From assembly GCF_002571385.2 (NCBI RefSeq), contig NW_019218057.1:354995-418994 (forward strand): a stretch of 64,000 nt of DNA, in the 5' to 3' direction. This document shows positions 38,701 to 50,423 of the stretch, in pieces; within the stretch, counting starts at the first letter, position 1; each line of letters starts with the position of its first letter. The notes beneath the pieces were generated by a model. The model was not told the origin of the DNA, did not search any database, and saw nothing but the letters and a program-made list of their open reading frames with translations. The position numbers and the translations under genes were made by a program. The stretch is from Stylophora pistillata. Taxonomy: Eukaryota.

Positions 38701-41700
38701 AGAAATCTGCTTCTTTTCATAAACAAACATGATTTTTGTTTACTTTCCGGACCGTTGGGCCACCGACGTGAGTGTCAGGTAACCAAATTTTGAGTGCAAA
38801 TACAAAAGTTAACATCGCTTTAAGTTTAATCATACCTAAGACGTTTAGATTGATGATTAATTTTGCAGGTTGGGCGTGACCGTTTGTTGCAACACATTCA
38901 AATTTTCCTTGATCTCTTGAGTATACTGCACTTCGTATTTTAAGAACTTTTATAGTCCTAGTATTCTTTCCCCGAAACTTGCGTTCTTTAGGCTCTTCGT
39001 AAACTTCATACGCAATTCCCTGGCATCTGACATCACTTAAATTGGAACACTTCATCGTAGGCAGCTTCTTGCCGTTTCTGTACCAGTCTACGTCAGGTTT
39101 GTGGATTGCTGTTGCTATGCATTTGATGACCTTTATCGAGCCTTCTCTTACGGTTTTTTCTCTGACAATGGTTGGCAGTTCGTCTGTTGAAATGTTAGAA
39201 CAACCATTTATTGCAATTTTCTGCTAATAATCATTACACGATCTTTGTTTCCACACGAATCATTTTCATTAATCCAAAACAGAAAAAAGAAAACAGAATT
39301 GTACACAGAGAAATGTTTCGACAACCCCTTTTTAAAAATTATACCTCGAAATAGCTTTTCACTGATCACTATGTTCAGTTTAGCTGTTTAAATGAGGCTT
39401 GATTGAAGTGGAATATGGGTCTTTAAAAATGAATTTGTAACTTCCTCTTTCCGATAACTTTTTTTTTTTTTAATTTTCTACGGCTGTTTGCTGCGGTTGG
39501 TAACCTTAGTGAAAAGGATAATCAGAGAAATTAAGATTTCAAACCTCGATGCTGGACATCTGGTGCTGTTGTGATAAGCAGAGGAGTTGTAAAGTCTGAG
39601 GTGACGTCTGGGAAACTAGTGATTTCTCTAGTTGGGTTGTAAGGAGGTTCTGTGGCGTCCGATGTTGTTATGACTTCTCGTACTGCTGTGGCGTATTGAT
39701 TTGCCACAGTGACAGTCTTCGTAGTTGTAGCCTCTACTGTTGGTGCAGCATCTTTCGCAGCTGAAAAATATGGATGTTTTGTGGAATCTGTGGGCGCTGA
39801 AGCTCTTGTGGAATCCACCATTGCCGTGGAAGCTGGGGTTTCAGAGATACCTTGGATTACTGTCATGAGTACAGCAACTGTACTATCTGAAGCTGGGGTA
39901 GAATCTGATGTTGCTGTTATAACTTCGGCTGTTGAAATATCTGAGATTGACTCGGTAACTGGCACCGTTGTAGTCTCTGAAGCTAATGTTATATCTGTAT
40001 TCGTTGAGGTCTCTAAGGGTGTTGTCATGTGTGGCTCTGCCGTGGTGTACGATGGTGATGCGGTATTCTGGGCTATCTTAGTATCTGAGACAGATGTTGT
40101 GGCGTGTGGAATCGCTGAAGTATCTGAAACCATTGTAATTTTCCGTGTCTCTTTAGTTTCCACGGTTGTTGTGATAGCTGAAGTTGTTGTGGTATCTGAG
40201 AATTCTGCGCTACTGCGAGGGAAAGTTGTTGGAACGATACCTGCTACTTCTGATGAATCAGCAGTAGTGTCTGGAATGGAAGAGATGCTCACTACAGCAT
40301 CGGTATTTGAGATTGGCGCTGTATTTGAAACAGTAGTGGAAGCGGTTGACCCTGGGACTGCTGTAACTGGGGTTATTGCTGATGTGGTGACTGAGGTTTC
40401 TATGGTATAGGGGTTAAAGTTATCAGAGCTTGTTGAAGTGTCTGAAGAAGAAACAGCATTCGTGACTGAAGCGTTATCTGAGGTTGACGCCAACTTAGAA
40501 GTTAATTTTGAATCTTGGGTTGACGTGCTACTTATGGAAACTTTGCTCTCTGCAGTAGAAATGGTAAAAGGGGTAGCTGTGGTGTCCGTGGCAGCTGCTG
40601 ATGTGATATCAGGGGCAGCTTTGGCAGTGGCAGAACCCGAAGCATCAGTTGTACCTGTGACTGTAGTAGGATCTAGGGTCGTTAGTGTATCAGGATCTTT
40701 AGCGTTGTTACCTAAGGTTGGAGAAGCAGCTAAGTTGGGTCTGGTATCTGCGGTGACTGCTGATGTGGCATCAGAAGTTTCTGTGGCAGGTAAAGTAGCA
40801 CTAGTGTAAGGAGCTGTTTTATCACCTGAAGCAGTGGTACTTTCTCCGACTGAAGAATGATGAAATGTTGATGTCGAATCATCCGGAGACGCTGTGGTAG
40901 CTCTGATCGACGAGGTAGGTTGGGAACTTTCGGAGTCAAGGGCTGTTGTGGTATCTTCAGTGGTAATGCTATCAAGGGCTGTTGTCCTATCGGAAGCAGC
41001 AGTAGTCTTCAGGATTGAAACAGTTTTTAAAGTTTGTTTTGTGGCTGAAGTCACTGTTGTATGAAAAGTTGCTGAGGTAACTGGGGTGGCTGCGGTATTT
41101 AGGGTACCCTCGGTATCTAAAGTGGTAGTTGTTTTAGGGACCAGCGTAGGATGTGATTTCGATGAAAGATCTGATGTTGATGTGGTGACTGGGCCAAAAG
41201 TGGTACTTTCAGCTCCAGCGGCAAACGAGCCAGGTGTGCTATCTGGAGTCTCTGCATTAGGGGCAGTTGTGGTATGTATTGATGGAAGAGGTTGGCCTAT
41301 GTGACAATGATTTAAAAGTTACATAAGTAATTTATTAAGGATAATTAATTGATAAACAGAAGTGGTCAATTATAACCTTGAGTTTGAGATAAAAGATTAA
41401 CATGTTATTACATACCTTCCATGTAAACGTTAAGTTCTGCAGTGGCCTGTATTTTTCCCAAGTAGTTTTCTGCAAAGCACTGATAAGGTCCCATGTCGGA
41501 CAGCACAAGCATCTTGACCAGCAAGTATCCGTCTCCAATATCGTTGAAATAAGATTCCTCAATCACGTCTCCATTTCGACTCCATGTGATAACCGGTTTG
41601 GGTATTCCGTCAGCAAAGCATTCAAACAGTGCATTGGAATCGGAGTAAGCATGGACATTATTTGGTTTCTTGATGAATACAGGGGGATCTGTGGAATAAA

Positions 41701-44700
41701 ACAAAAACCTTGATCATATACCATGTTTACTCGTCTAAGCCTGCCGTCGGTTATCAGAGCCTCTTTCGATTTTTTCAGTCGGTGAACAGGCGCAGAATAC
41801 AATTGTAGAGCAAGAAAGGAAAGGACGTTTTGGATGAGTCACGCAAACCTCTACCATTTTTTTTGTGCCACGTTCACCCACTGAACACGTGGAATAAGCT
41901 TTGTTTATTTAATATTTAAAACTCGGATAAGGCAGTTTTTTCGGGTGGCGGTTGCCCAAAAATCACCAATCTGAAAAATGATTTATTTCCCCTTTATGTG
42001 GAGATGCATGTTAATAACCTGTTCGAACTGATATAACTTACGATGTACTTCTAGCTTGATTGAAGCTTCTTTAATGCCGTTTCGTGAAATTGCGCGACAG
42101 GTGTATGTTCCTGCCTGTTCCTCAGTTACTGATTCAATCATAAGGTTGTTCTCCCCAACAACAGAATAACCACTCCCGAGCACCACAGGCAACCCATCTA
42201 ATAGCCATGTGACTCTTGGCTTAGGAAATCCGTTTGCAATGCATTCGAGTATGAAAATATCTCCAGCGATGACTCTTCTCTCGTCAGATGTGACGGAAAC
42301 AGTTGGACCTCGAGGAAACTCGCTATCTATGCACCGGAAGAAGGGAAAATATAGCATAATAACGCACTCAACCAGGATACGACAACAAAAGAAATCGAAT
42401 TTCAGCCATGTAACTAACTGACGTATTGACTTACTATGATTCCTCGTAAAACACCCGTGCAATACAAGGCATTGGTGTGTTATCTAACGAATGACCAACC
42501 TAACAATCAATATAAAGGCTGTTACTCTTTCTCAGCAGCAGGGGACTTCTTCCATGTTTCTAGAACCTCATCTGAAAACTTGTGTGGTTTGAAATTAGTT
42601 TGTCGACAGTCCTCTCAACCTCCCTGAGTGTTTGATGACTGGTACAGAGCCTGATGTGACATTAAATGTCTCTTTCCCCAAACATAAGGACAGCCTTATT
42701 TTGGGGTTATTTGAAAAGTACGATAGAAACACCTCCTCCTTATAGGACCAGTTTACGAATGGGATGATAAACTACTGATACGCTGAGTAGAAAAGGACTT
42801 TCCATTTAATTTTGCGGGCCAACTTTTGGCGCACTAGCATAAGAAATGGTCAACGATGACATGCTACCCATATATATCCTAAATATATCTTATATGTCCT
42901 ACCCGTTATGACTTTAAGTGACGCTGTGATTGTACTCGTGTAACTCGTTTTAGTCACAGTATTTTCTGCCGTACATTCATAGTCTCCTTGGTCATTAAAA
43001 CTGCTCTCGGCGATCTGTAAGGCTCCATCGGAAGTTGTTGTAAAACGTCCTCTAGACTCAATGAAGTTATTTTCTCCAAGCTTTCTCCATCTAACAACGG
43101 CTTTCGGTGTTGAATCGTTTACGTTGCAATAAAACCTTGATGTGTCTCCAAATGAAACTTGTAATTTGGATGGAGTAACAGCCACCTTGGATGAAATTTC
43201 TGTTGATCAAAAGCACATGCCATTTGATATTCTTACAGTCACTTTTGTCTTTGTTTCTTTCTTTAGTTCTTTTATGTGTTGATTCAAGACATTCAAGATG
43301 AATAGCTGCTCGGTCATTTTATCAACCGGAGGCAAATTCACCCCACGGCACGACTTCACTTCTTATCTTTGAAGTGTTCTCCAATGACGTTTTTCATAGA
43401 CGCACTAGGAGCGAAGATACTGTACCGCATTCGAAATGCAGCACTCCACAAACTTCCCGATTCGCCTTCAGGTTTCTGTAAGTTTGACTCACTACGAATG
43501 CTAGATTACCTATTAAACATCATTTGCTACCCGTTTTTTCGGTATAAATAAAACCTCAAGCAATGTCATGGCAATTTTTTCTGACGGAGACGAGTTTCCT
43601 TTTCAATTTAGTAACAGAGGCTTGATGTGACTTACCAGCAACAACGAGACGAGCAGTTCTGCTCAAAATCTGGAAATCTAGATCCATGTCATTACGTGTT
43701 AACGCCTCGCACTGGTAGATTCCTTCATCTGAATTTTCAGTAGTGTTATGATTAACTTTCGAAAAATACAAAGACCCGTCCGGCCTTATCATTCTCCGGT
43801 CATCTTGCGATAAATCGAGTACAATACCATTTCTCCTCCATGCTATAGCGGCCTTAAGGTTTCCGCCTACCAAACAGTCCAGGACAGCGGATTTACCCCG
43901 CTGCGCATACGTGTCTCTCGGCTCCTTGATGAAATACGGTGCTCCTGTTGACCCCAATACTTCTAAATACATAGAATGATTAAAAAGACATGAAAATAAG
44001 ATAGAATGAATAAATAAATGAGTACATAAGTGAACATGAACACACGTATTAGTGTAACTGTGTTTATTTCAAGCCTTGGTCCTATTCCTTCTTTCTACTC
44101 ATACGTCCACTAAGATAACGCCACAATGTGAACTTAGCTTAACATTATAAAATTTTCTCGGCTGATTTTCTCCGCTGCAGTATTGATTACTAAAAAACAT
44201 ATTCAGTATACCTCTGAACTAATAATGAAATTTTCCTTTGTTCTGCAACGAGATAAAGTCTTAAACAGAAGACTGAATCCAATATAAGTTTGACTGAAAC
44301 CTTGATTCGTTCAGCTGGATGAAAGGTAAATGTCGAAGAAAAAAAGAAGCGAATTGTTTAGAGGACTGCTTCATGAAGCAAGCCAAAAAGTAAATATATT
44401 GCATTACCAATACTAACGGCCAGAATTTGTGATGCAATTACTTCTGAAAATAAATCAATTAAAGAATCAACTATGAATAAAAAAGAGTCGAGACCCTTCA
44501 CTTTAACATTTACAGTCGAAATAGTTCATTGCACAAGACCTACATAATCGTTTGCTTTTACGTTAAATATTGAATTTTAATTGCCTCGAATTGCTTGGCT
44601 GTAATATGCTTTACATTTGCTCACCCGACGACACCGGAAATTGCAAGCTATTCGTACCCTGCAGTGGAATAAGGATAGTTCGCCAAACTCGTCAAATTTT

Positions 44701-45624
44701 TTTCGGATATGTTACATCTCACCCCACGGGCAAGACAACTGCACTGTTTTCCCAGGTGAACAATTTAATCTAAGACAACGTTATCTCAGGACCATTGATA
44801 GCCATAACAAGAGTTTATGACCTGAGATTCGGCGAGACTGGCACAATTATCAACCGATCAGCTGTAAATGCAAACGACTACTTTGCTGTTTCTCTCCAGT
44901 CTCTGCTCGGATATGAATTGATATTAAAGCTTAGCTGCTTTACATCTTGCAATTACGAAGATAAGACGCTTGGCGCCTTGGAAAGACGTTGAACATTTCC
45001 GAATACCATCGCTTTAGAACAATCACGGAGCCAAAATACGTATTTTTTTGTTCCATTTCTTTTCAGGGACTGCTGGATTGTTAAGAGAGAGTCCTGGTTA
45101 TTTCAACTTTAAAACTACACTACAGTTTCTCCTCTGATATCTAAAAAAAGCCTGTCGTGTTAACATCTGAAAAACATATTTTTTCAGTGTGACCCTAAAT
45201 TATACTAGCCGATAATGTTTTTGATAAACAAACCTACCTCTTAAAGCTGCCTAATTAGATTATAATCTTTGTCGAGCTACATAAAAAAATTAGAAAGAAA
45301 CCTTCATGACCCTTCTCGATGCAACCCAACACAATCTGTGAATAGCTTGTTTACAGGGGTGTGCCTTCGAAAACATTTGCCTGTTGAGAGCAAACAACGT
45401 TGCCCTACATGGATCGCAAAACATAAGAAATTACACCTCAGGTGGATTTCTCATGCTGCTAGGTCGATTATTATTTTGCAAAAAGAATTTTGTATAAATA
45501 TATAGTACTGCCAATAAGACATGTCGGCTAAGATAGAGAGACATCATTTTACGGACTAACCTGGCATTACAGCGAGACCCAAAATACCAATGAGAGTACT
45601 GCGGAGAACATAAAGGTTAACCAT
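34718..45624 (-). CDS. Multi-exon secreted Ig-superfamily protein (~1750 aa): signal peptide, 4 DCC/neogenin-like Ig, Ser/Thr mucin region, 7 VEGFR/PDGFR-like Ig, no TM seen
   Basis: Exons, all joined in phase 1 with GT-AG: 45624-45561 (MVNLYVLRSTLIGILGLAVMP), 44443-44408 (possible microexon), 43962-43636, 43199-42903, 42326-42042, 41688-41416, 41296-39545, 39183-38836, 38543-38211, 38102-37800, 37286-36984, 36684-36376, 35656-35354, 35037-34718 (stop); total 5253 nt, in frame. Confidence 0.8.
35354..35656 (-). CDS. Exon, Ig domain type A (303 bp)
   Basis: INCSTNDRNATASL..DQGLYAC; AG/GT boundaries. Confidence 0.88.
35707..36126. mobile_element. Penelope-like terminal fragment with an inverted hammerhead pair, interrupted by the tRNA-like element
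   Basis: Homolog of 10841-10983; + strand GCT-CTGACGA-A-GGGCTAACGCTC-GAAACG at 36098-36126. Confidence 0.65.
35761..36009. mobile_element. tRNA-Thr-like retroelement insertion with internal inversion
   Basis: tRNA-like core on the + strand; 40-bp inverted end piece at 35761-35800; TSD GTAATTGGTTA / GTAATTGGCTA. Confidence 0.85.
36376..36684 (-). CDS. Exon, Ig domain type B
   Basis: VTITCES..LQWVK..DAGVYKC. Confidence 0.88.
36984..37286 (-). CDS. Exon, Ig domain type A (303 bp)
   Basis: INCSTNDREATVSL..DAGIYSC. Confidence 0.88.
37800..38102 (-). CDS. Exon, Ig domain type A (303 bp)
   Basis: INCSTNDQDATVSL..DAGFYIC. Confidence 0.88.
38211..38543 (-). CDS. Exon, Ig domain with an extra internal Cys pair (VEGFR D5-like)
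   Basis: VSCVV..GNPLPTFKW..DC......AC..FRCLASNKLG. Confidence 0.85.
38836..39183 (-). CDS. Exon, Ig domain
   Basis: IKCIA..PDVDWYRNG..DQGKFECVATN. Confidence 0.85.
39545..41296 (-). CDS. Exon, 584-aa Ser/Thr/Ala/Asp-rich mucin-like region
   Basis: Open 1752-nt exon in frame with ORF 39531..41054; acceptor CATAG| at 41297. Confidence 0.85.
41416..41688 (-). CDS. Exon, I-set Ig domain (DCC/neogenin Ig4-like)
   Basis: PPVFIKKP..FECFADGIPKPVITWSRNG..SDMGPYQCFAEN. Confidence 0.9.
42042..42326 (-). CDS. Exon, I-set Ig domain (Ig3-like)
   Basis: LECIANGFPKPRVTWLLDG..AGTYTCRA. Confidence 0.9.
42903..43199 (-). CDS. Exon, I-set Ig domain (Ig2-like)
   Basis: GDTSRFYC..VRWRK..GALQI..DQGDYECTAEN. 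Confidence 0.9.
43636..43962 (-). CDS. Exon, I-set Ig domain (DCC/neogenin Ig1-like)
   Basis: FIKEPRD..RGKSAVLDC..WRRNG..DGSLYF..SDEGIYQCEA..SRTARL. Confidence 0.9.
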
Positions 45625-46396
45625 TGCTAAAACTGCTCTAAACTTCAGTTTTTTTGCTTTGCCCTGACTATTCCTGCAACCTGCGAATGAATTAGCTAAG
45701 ACAAGTATACCTCCTTCATAGAACACCAGGAGTTTTGATCACTCAGCCAATCAGGCTACGGAATTGCGAGTTCTCGATTACTGTTGACGGCAATTTCGTC
45801 AACCGGGTATGTTAAATATTTGTACCCTTAGAGGCATGTCATGACTTTACTGATTCTCGCCTGGCGACGAAACAAGGAATGTTTATGGTCCGAATTATGT
45901 CATGATTTCAGTTTTTATTGACGGGCGGTAGTTTTTGTCATTAGGCGGAATATTTAAGGTATCTGTACATCGCGTGATGTGTATGGAACAGCTACAGTCA
46001 GCACTTGACTGGCGGGAAACAGGACACGCGAATGTCGTAGAATGACGTTAATGTTACAGAGCAGCTTCCTTAAAGGGCCGGTAAACCCAACAATCGTACA
46101 TTTTCTTTTCACATAGCTGTTTAAAAAATATATCAAGTACTTAAAATGTGCAATTCGTTTTTTCTCAAAAGTCCATTTTCACCTTGAAAAAGCCCTTGCA
46201 AATTCGAAACATTCGCCATCTTGAATTGCGCCATCTTTCTTGTGACGTCACGGGTGGAACCTTCCTGTACTGAGGTCAAAAGCTTTCTTTTACGATCGTG
46301 TGAGATATGTGCAAGTCTCCTTCGCAGCCCCTGTTTGCCGGTCTAGTCATGATTTTTTTACTTATAATTGGGTTGATTATATTAAAATGTTTTGTA

Positions 46397-46800
46397 ATGG
46401 TAAAGCATTGTGTAGTCCAGTTTTGTAGTAATTCAAACAAAACCGGGCATACAATGCATAAATTTCCAAAAGAAGCAAATATGAAGCGACAATGACAATT
46501 TGTTCAAGTTAAAAGAGCCGATTTTGACGAGCCGTCCGAACATTCTGTTGTCTGTAGCAGTCATTTGTCTCCCGATTGCTATGAGAAAAGCTATATGGTC
46601 GAAATGGGTCTTTAAAAGCTAGCAAAAGCTACTTCTTCCTATTGCTGCGCTGACGATTCAGGCCCTACCAGAAAAAAATTCTTCGGAGGTAAAAAAGCGA
46701 CCTTTGCATTCAGCAGACAGCGAAGATCCAGGGGTGACTGACAGTACTGAGAAACGACCGAGGAGAAGTAGAGGTCTTCAAAAGTTGGAAGTTAACAGGG
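46397..46800 (+). pseudogene. THAP-domain N-terminus of the Kolobok transposase (stops and frameshifts)
   Basis: MVKHCVVQFCSN..HKFPK..FVQVKR..VCSSH..DCY matches the C2CH THAP signature; donor AGG|GTGAGT at 46801. Confidence 0.82.
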
Positions 46801-48111
46801 TGAGTACCGAACTGATTTACGCGGAAACCTCCAGATTTTAGGTTCTCTTAAAACACCTTTCTCAGCTGTTAAAATATTATGGGGAAACCAGTTGTTCGGG
46901 AGCCAGTGATGAGCCCAAAAAAGGCATTGACCTGTTTGAACCTTTGCCGGAAACCGAAACAAGTATTAAGAAAGAGTTCGTTGATGTCGGTATACAATGC
47001 GATCTGGAATTTAGTTGGTTAAATATTCCCTGAACATCTACGGCGAGTGTGGGAGAGACAAAAATCTGTCTAAAGAAATCTTCGTAGAGAATCTTTGCCA
47101 GCCCCGCTTGCTGCTTTCTTTGAGAAACCCTGCAAAGAAGTAGCAGTTAGACAATTTGTGTCACGGCTTACACAGCGGTGGATTTGTAATCAAAGGTCCT
47201 TAGAGAAACATTTTTTTACTTTGAATAGAAATTAAAAGATCCAGAGATCAGNNNNNNNNNNNNNNNNNNNNNNNNNNNNNNNNNNNNNNNNNNNNNNNNN
47301 NNNNNNNNNNNNNNNNNNNNNNNNNNNNNNNNNNNNNNNNNNNNNNNNNNNNNNNNNNNNNNNNNNNNNNNNNNNNNNNNNNNNNNNNNNNNNNNNNNNN
47401 NNNNNNNNNNNNNNNNNNNNNNNNNNNNNNNNNNNNNNNNNNNNNNNNNNNNNNNNNNNNNNNNNNNNNNNNNNNNNNNNNNNNNNNNNNNNNNNNNNNN
47501 NNNNNNNNNNNNNNNNNNNNNNNNNNNNNNNNNNNNNNNNNNNNNNNNNNNNNNNNNNNNNNNNNNNNNNNNNNNNNNNNNNNNNNNNNNNNNNNNNNNN
47601 NNNNNNNNNNNNNNNNNNNNNNNNNNNNNNNNNNNNNNNNNNNNNNNNNNNNNNNNNNNNNNNNNNNNNNNNNNNNNNNNNNNNNNNNNNNNNNNNNNNN
47701 NNNNNNNNNNNNNNNNNNNNNNNNNNNNNNNNNNNNNNNNNNNNNNNNNNNNNNNNNNNNNNNNNNNNNNNNNNNNNNNNNNNNNNNNNNNNNNNNNNNN
47801 NNNNNNNNNNNNNNNNNNNNNNNNNNNNNNNNNNNNNNNNNNNNNNNNNNNNNNNNNNNNNNNNNNNNNNNNNNNNNNNNNNNNNNNNNNNNNNNNNNNN
47901 NNNNNNNNNNNNNNNNNNNNNNNNNNNNNNNNNNNNNNNNNNNNNNNNNNNNNNNNNNNNNNNNNNNNNNNNNNNNNNNNNNNNNNNNNNNNNNNNNNNN
48001 NNNNNNNNNNNNNNNNNNNNNNNNNNNNNNNNNNNNNNNNNNNNNNNNNNNNNNNNNNNNNNNNNNNNNNNNNNNNNNNNNNNNCAGATTAAAATAAAAC
48101 ATTTCGCTTAC

Positions 48112-48698
48112 TCGTTTTGGGTGTGATTATCTGCACCGTATTGCTGCCTGTACGCGTAATAGGCCGTCTCCAGCACCCAGACATCGAGGCAGGTTGACTG
48201 AAAACCTGGATACTCAGTAATACAAGTCATTTGGGTTTCAGGCCTTTGTTCCTCCACCTTTTGCCACACTTGCCCGATTTCCGCACAACAAACACTTTCA
48301 TGTGTTGTCGGCATTGGCTGACAAGTTCCACACTCGCACCTTTGACAATTTTATATAAAACACCCACGGACGCTCAATTTAAAAAACTTCTGTTGCATTC
48401 TTTTAGATTGGAAACTTGCTTTATTAAGTTTTCAGGTCAAAAACAAATAAATTACACAATGAATTAAATACCAGTCTGTGTTTACGAGACGATCGGCATC
48501 GCTATCAACCGGTTCTGTGTTGTCTTCGTGCGGATCATTCCGGTGAACTCTACGCAGCTCATATTGATAAGGACGTGGCCCAGACTCTCCTAAAGGTTCT
48601 GAGTTATCCCCATCGCTGTCATATAAGTTTAAGGCATTCGAGTCGCTTCCCTCTGATAAAACATCGTCCGAACTACAGCTACTTGAACGAGCTGCCAT
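48112..48698 (-). CDS. Kolobok second gene (KolX), P2X7 intracellular ballast/nanor-like Cys-rich domain; exons 48698-48472 and 48339-48112, remainder in gap
   Basis: Spliced product ..PRPYQYE..TDWCECGTCQPMPTTHESVCCAEI..CITEYPGFQSTCLDVWVLETAY. Confidence 0.78.
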
Positions 48699-50423
48699 AC
48701 CAATGTCACTGTGAAGTCCGTGTTGCGCAATATTTTAGTTCCACCGCTTACGTCACGACCTCTCTCTATTGTTTTCACCGGAAGTGAAATTTCAGTATAA
48801 AATGCCGATTTCTCCTTAAATAAGTCGAATTGGGCAAAACCAATTGCAGATTCGTTTTCTATGACACTTTTTACATGGAATAAGAAAAACATGTATTCTT
48901 GGGTTTACAGGCCCTTTAAGTTTGGCCATCAAGCTTAGGGATCAGAGGTTAATTCCTTCTTGGCGCGTTGCCTTTCCTGAAGGTTGTGAGTTTTGAGGTT
49001 CCAAATTCTCAGTGTGCCAGAGTCACTTAGGCTAATTTCTACTTAAGACATGTTCGTTCCTCTGTTTATTTTATTTTCTGGAATTTTAGTGATTTGTCAG
49101 TAATTTTAGTAATGGGTTAATTGTGTTAGTAATGTGTTAACTGTATTATTCCTGTACCTGCACTTGTCCTGTTGTGTAAGAGTAAACACCGATTTCCCTT
49201 ATGTAATTCCTGTTTAATTGACCGCTCCTAGCTCATATTTGGTTTTGAGTTATTTTCCCCTTTTCCTGTATCTTACTATAAGTTACAACCGTTTGCTCAG
49301 TAAGTTCAGTTGATTTGTTGCCTTCCAGAGAGTGCCCTTAAAGCGGATTCCGAGCTATACTAGCTTTTGGTATGTTTCAGTATTTTATGTTTGTTTTGAG
49401 CCCTAAGCTTAGCATGTATTTGTTTCCATTTGTATTTTTGTAGTGATTTTCGGGTTAGAATTTGCTTAGTTTAGCCACATATTCCTTTTATCTTACTACT
49501 GTATTTTATTTATTTACTCTGACCTTTGTCACACAGCAAGTAATTTCTCTGCTATATAAACTGGAATTGTTTTCGTATTAGCAGCTGTAATATTTTGCTT
49601 ATCTGCTTCCAATTCAACGTTGCTGTGTTTTCAGTACCAAATTATGGGTTCATTACACTGGTAATTTCATTTTCCCCTTTCACTGTTTTATACTGTATTA
49701 GCTCAAGTTGTAATATTAAGCCTAGCTCGTAGTCTTTGTTGAATTCATGCCTCGTGTAGCTATCACTATTTTTGATAGTTTCTGTCACACAATTTCCTGT
49801 TTTCAAGTACTTTGTTTGTTTCCTTTCTTTTACTGAATTATTTCTGTCTGTAGGTTATCTTTTAGTGTTAAGTACTTTCTCCTAATCCATTTTAATCTTG
49901 TTACATCATTTAGCTCATTGGAGCTTTGTTTTCTTATTTATTGTTTAGTGTCACTCGTTCCCGTTTTTTTGTACCGTTGCATCTATTGCTGTGTAATAAA
50001 CTTGTAAATCTTCCCTCGGATCTTTTGTTCTTATGTCGACCGTTTTGGCCGTCTTTCATCAGTTGGCTGACTACCGTAATCCTTAGACAACACGCACGTC
50101 TTTATCGTTTTGAGGCAAAGTGAATTACAAACTCAGGGTCAGGCAGGATTTCAGTCACATCCTGTTGGAACGTGAGGTGTACTCTGTAAATAAGGTATAA
50201 AATGAGTTCCTTAAACTATCTTGTTCAAACTCCCTGACGAGATCTGTGTAGTCAAACGAAACCGGTTGGAGAAATAAATCAAGTTGACAATATTTGTTGC
50301 TGTGTGTGAAAATCTCAAAGAAAAAAGAATTTTTCTTAGAGTTATTATTGCATAATTTTCTTTGATATTACCGTTTCTAGGAAAAGGAGAGGAACTTTTT
50401 AGCACCCGTCGAGCTGTTTGAAA

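Larger units (their letters stand above)
46074..48915 (+). mobile_element. Kolobok DNA transposon, decayed, spans an assembly gap
   Basis: TTAA TSDs at 46070-46073 and 48916-48919; TIRs AGGGCCGGTAAACCCA / TGGGTTTACAGGCCCT; two convergent internal genes. Confidence 0.9.

Noticed and set aside
39709-41304. Long Val-rich plus-strand ORFs
   Set aside because: Antisense shadows of the Thr/Ser-rich mucin exon
47248-48102. 284-aa ORF
   Set aside because: Artefact of the N gap
48950-50050. Strongly T-skewed tract, possibly a transposon remnant
   Set aside because: No termini, TSD or coding similarity recognisable
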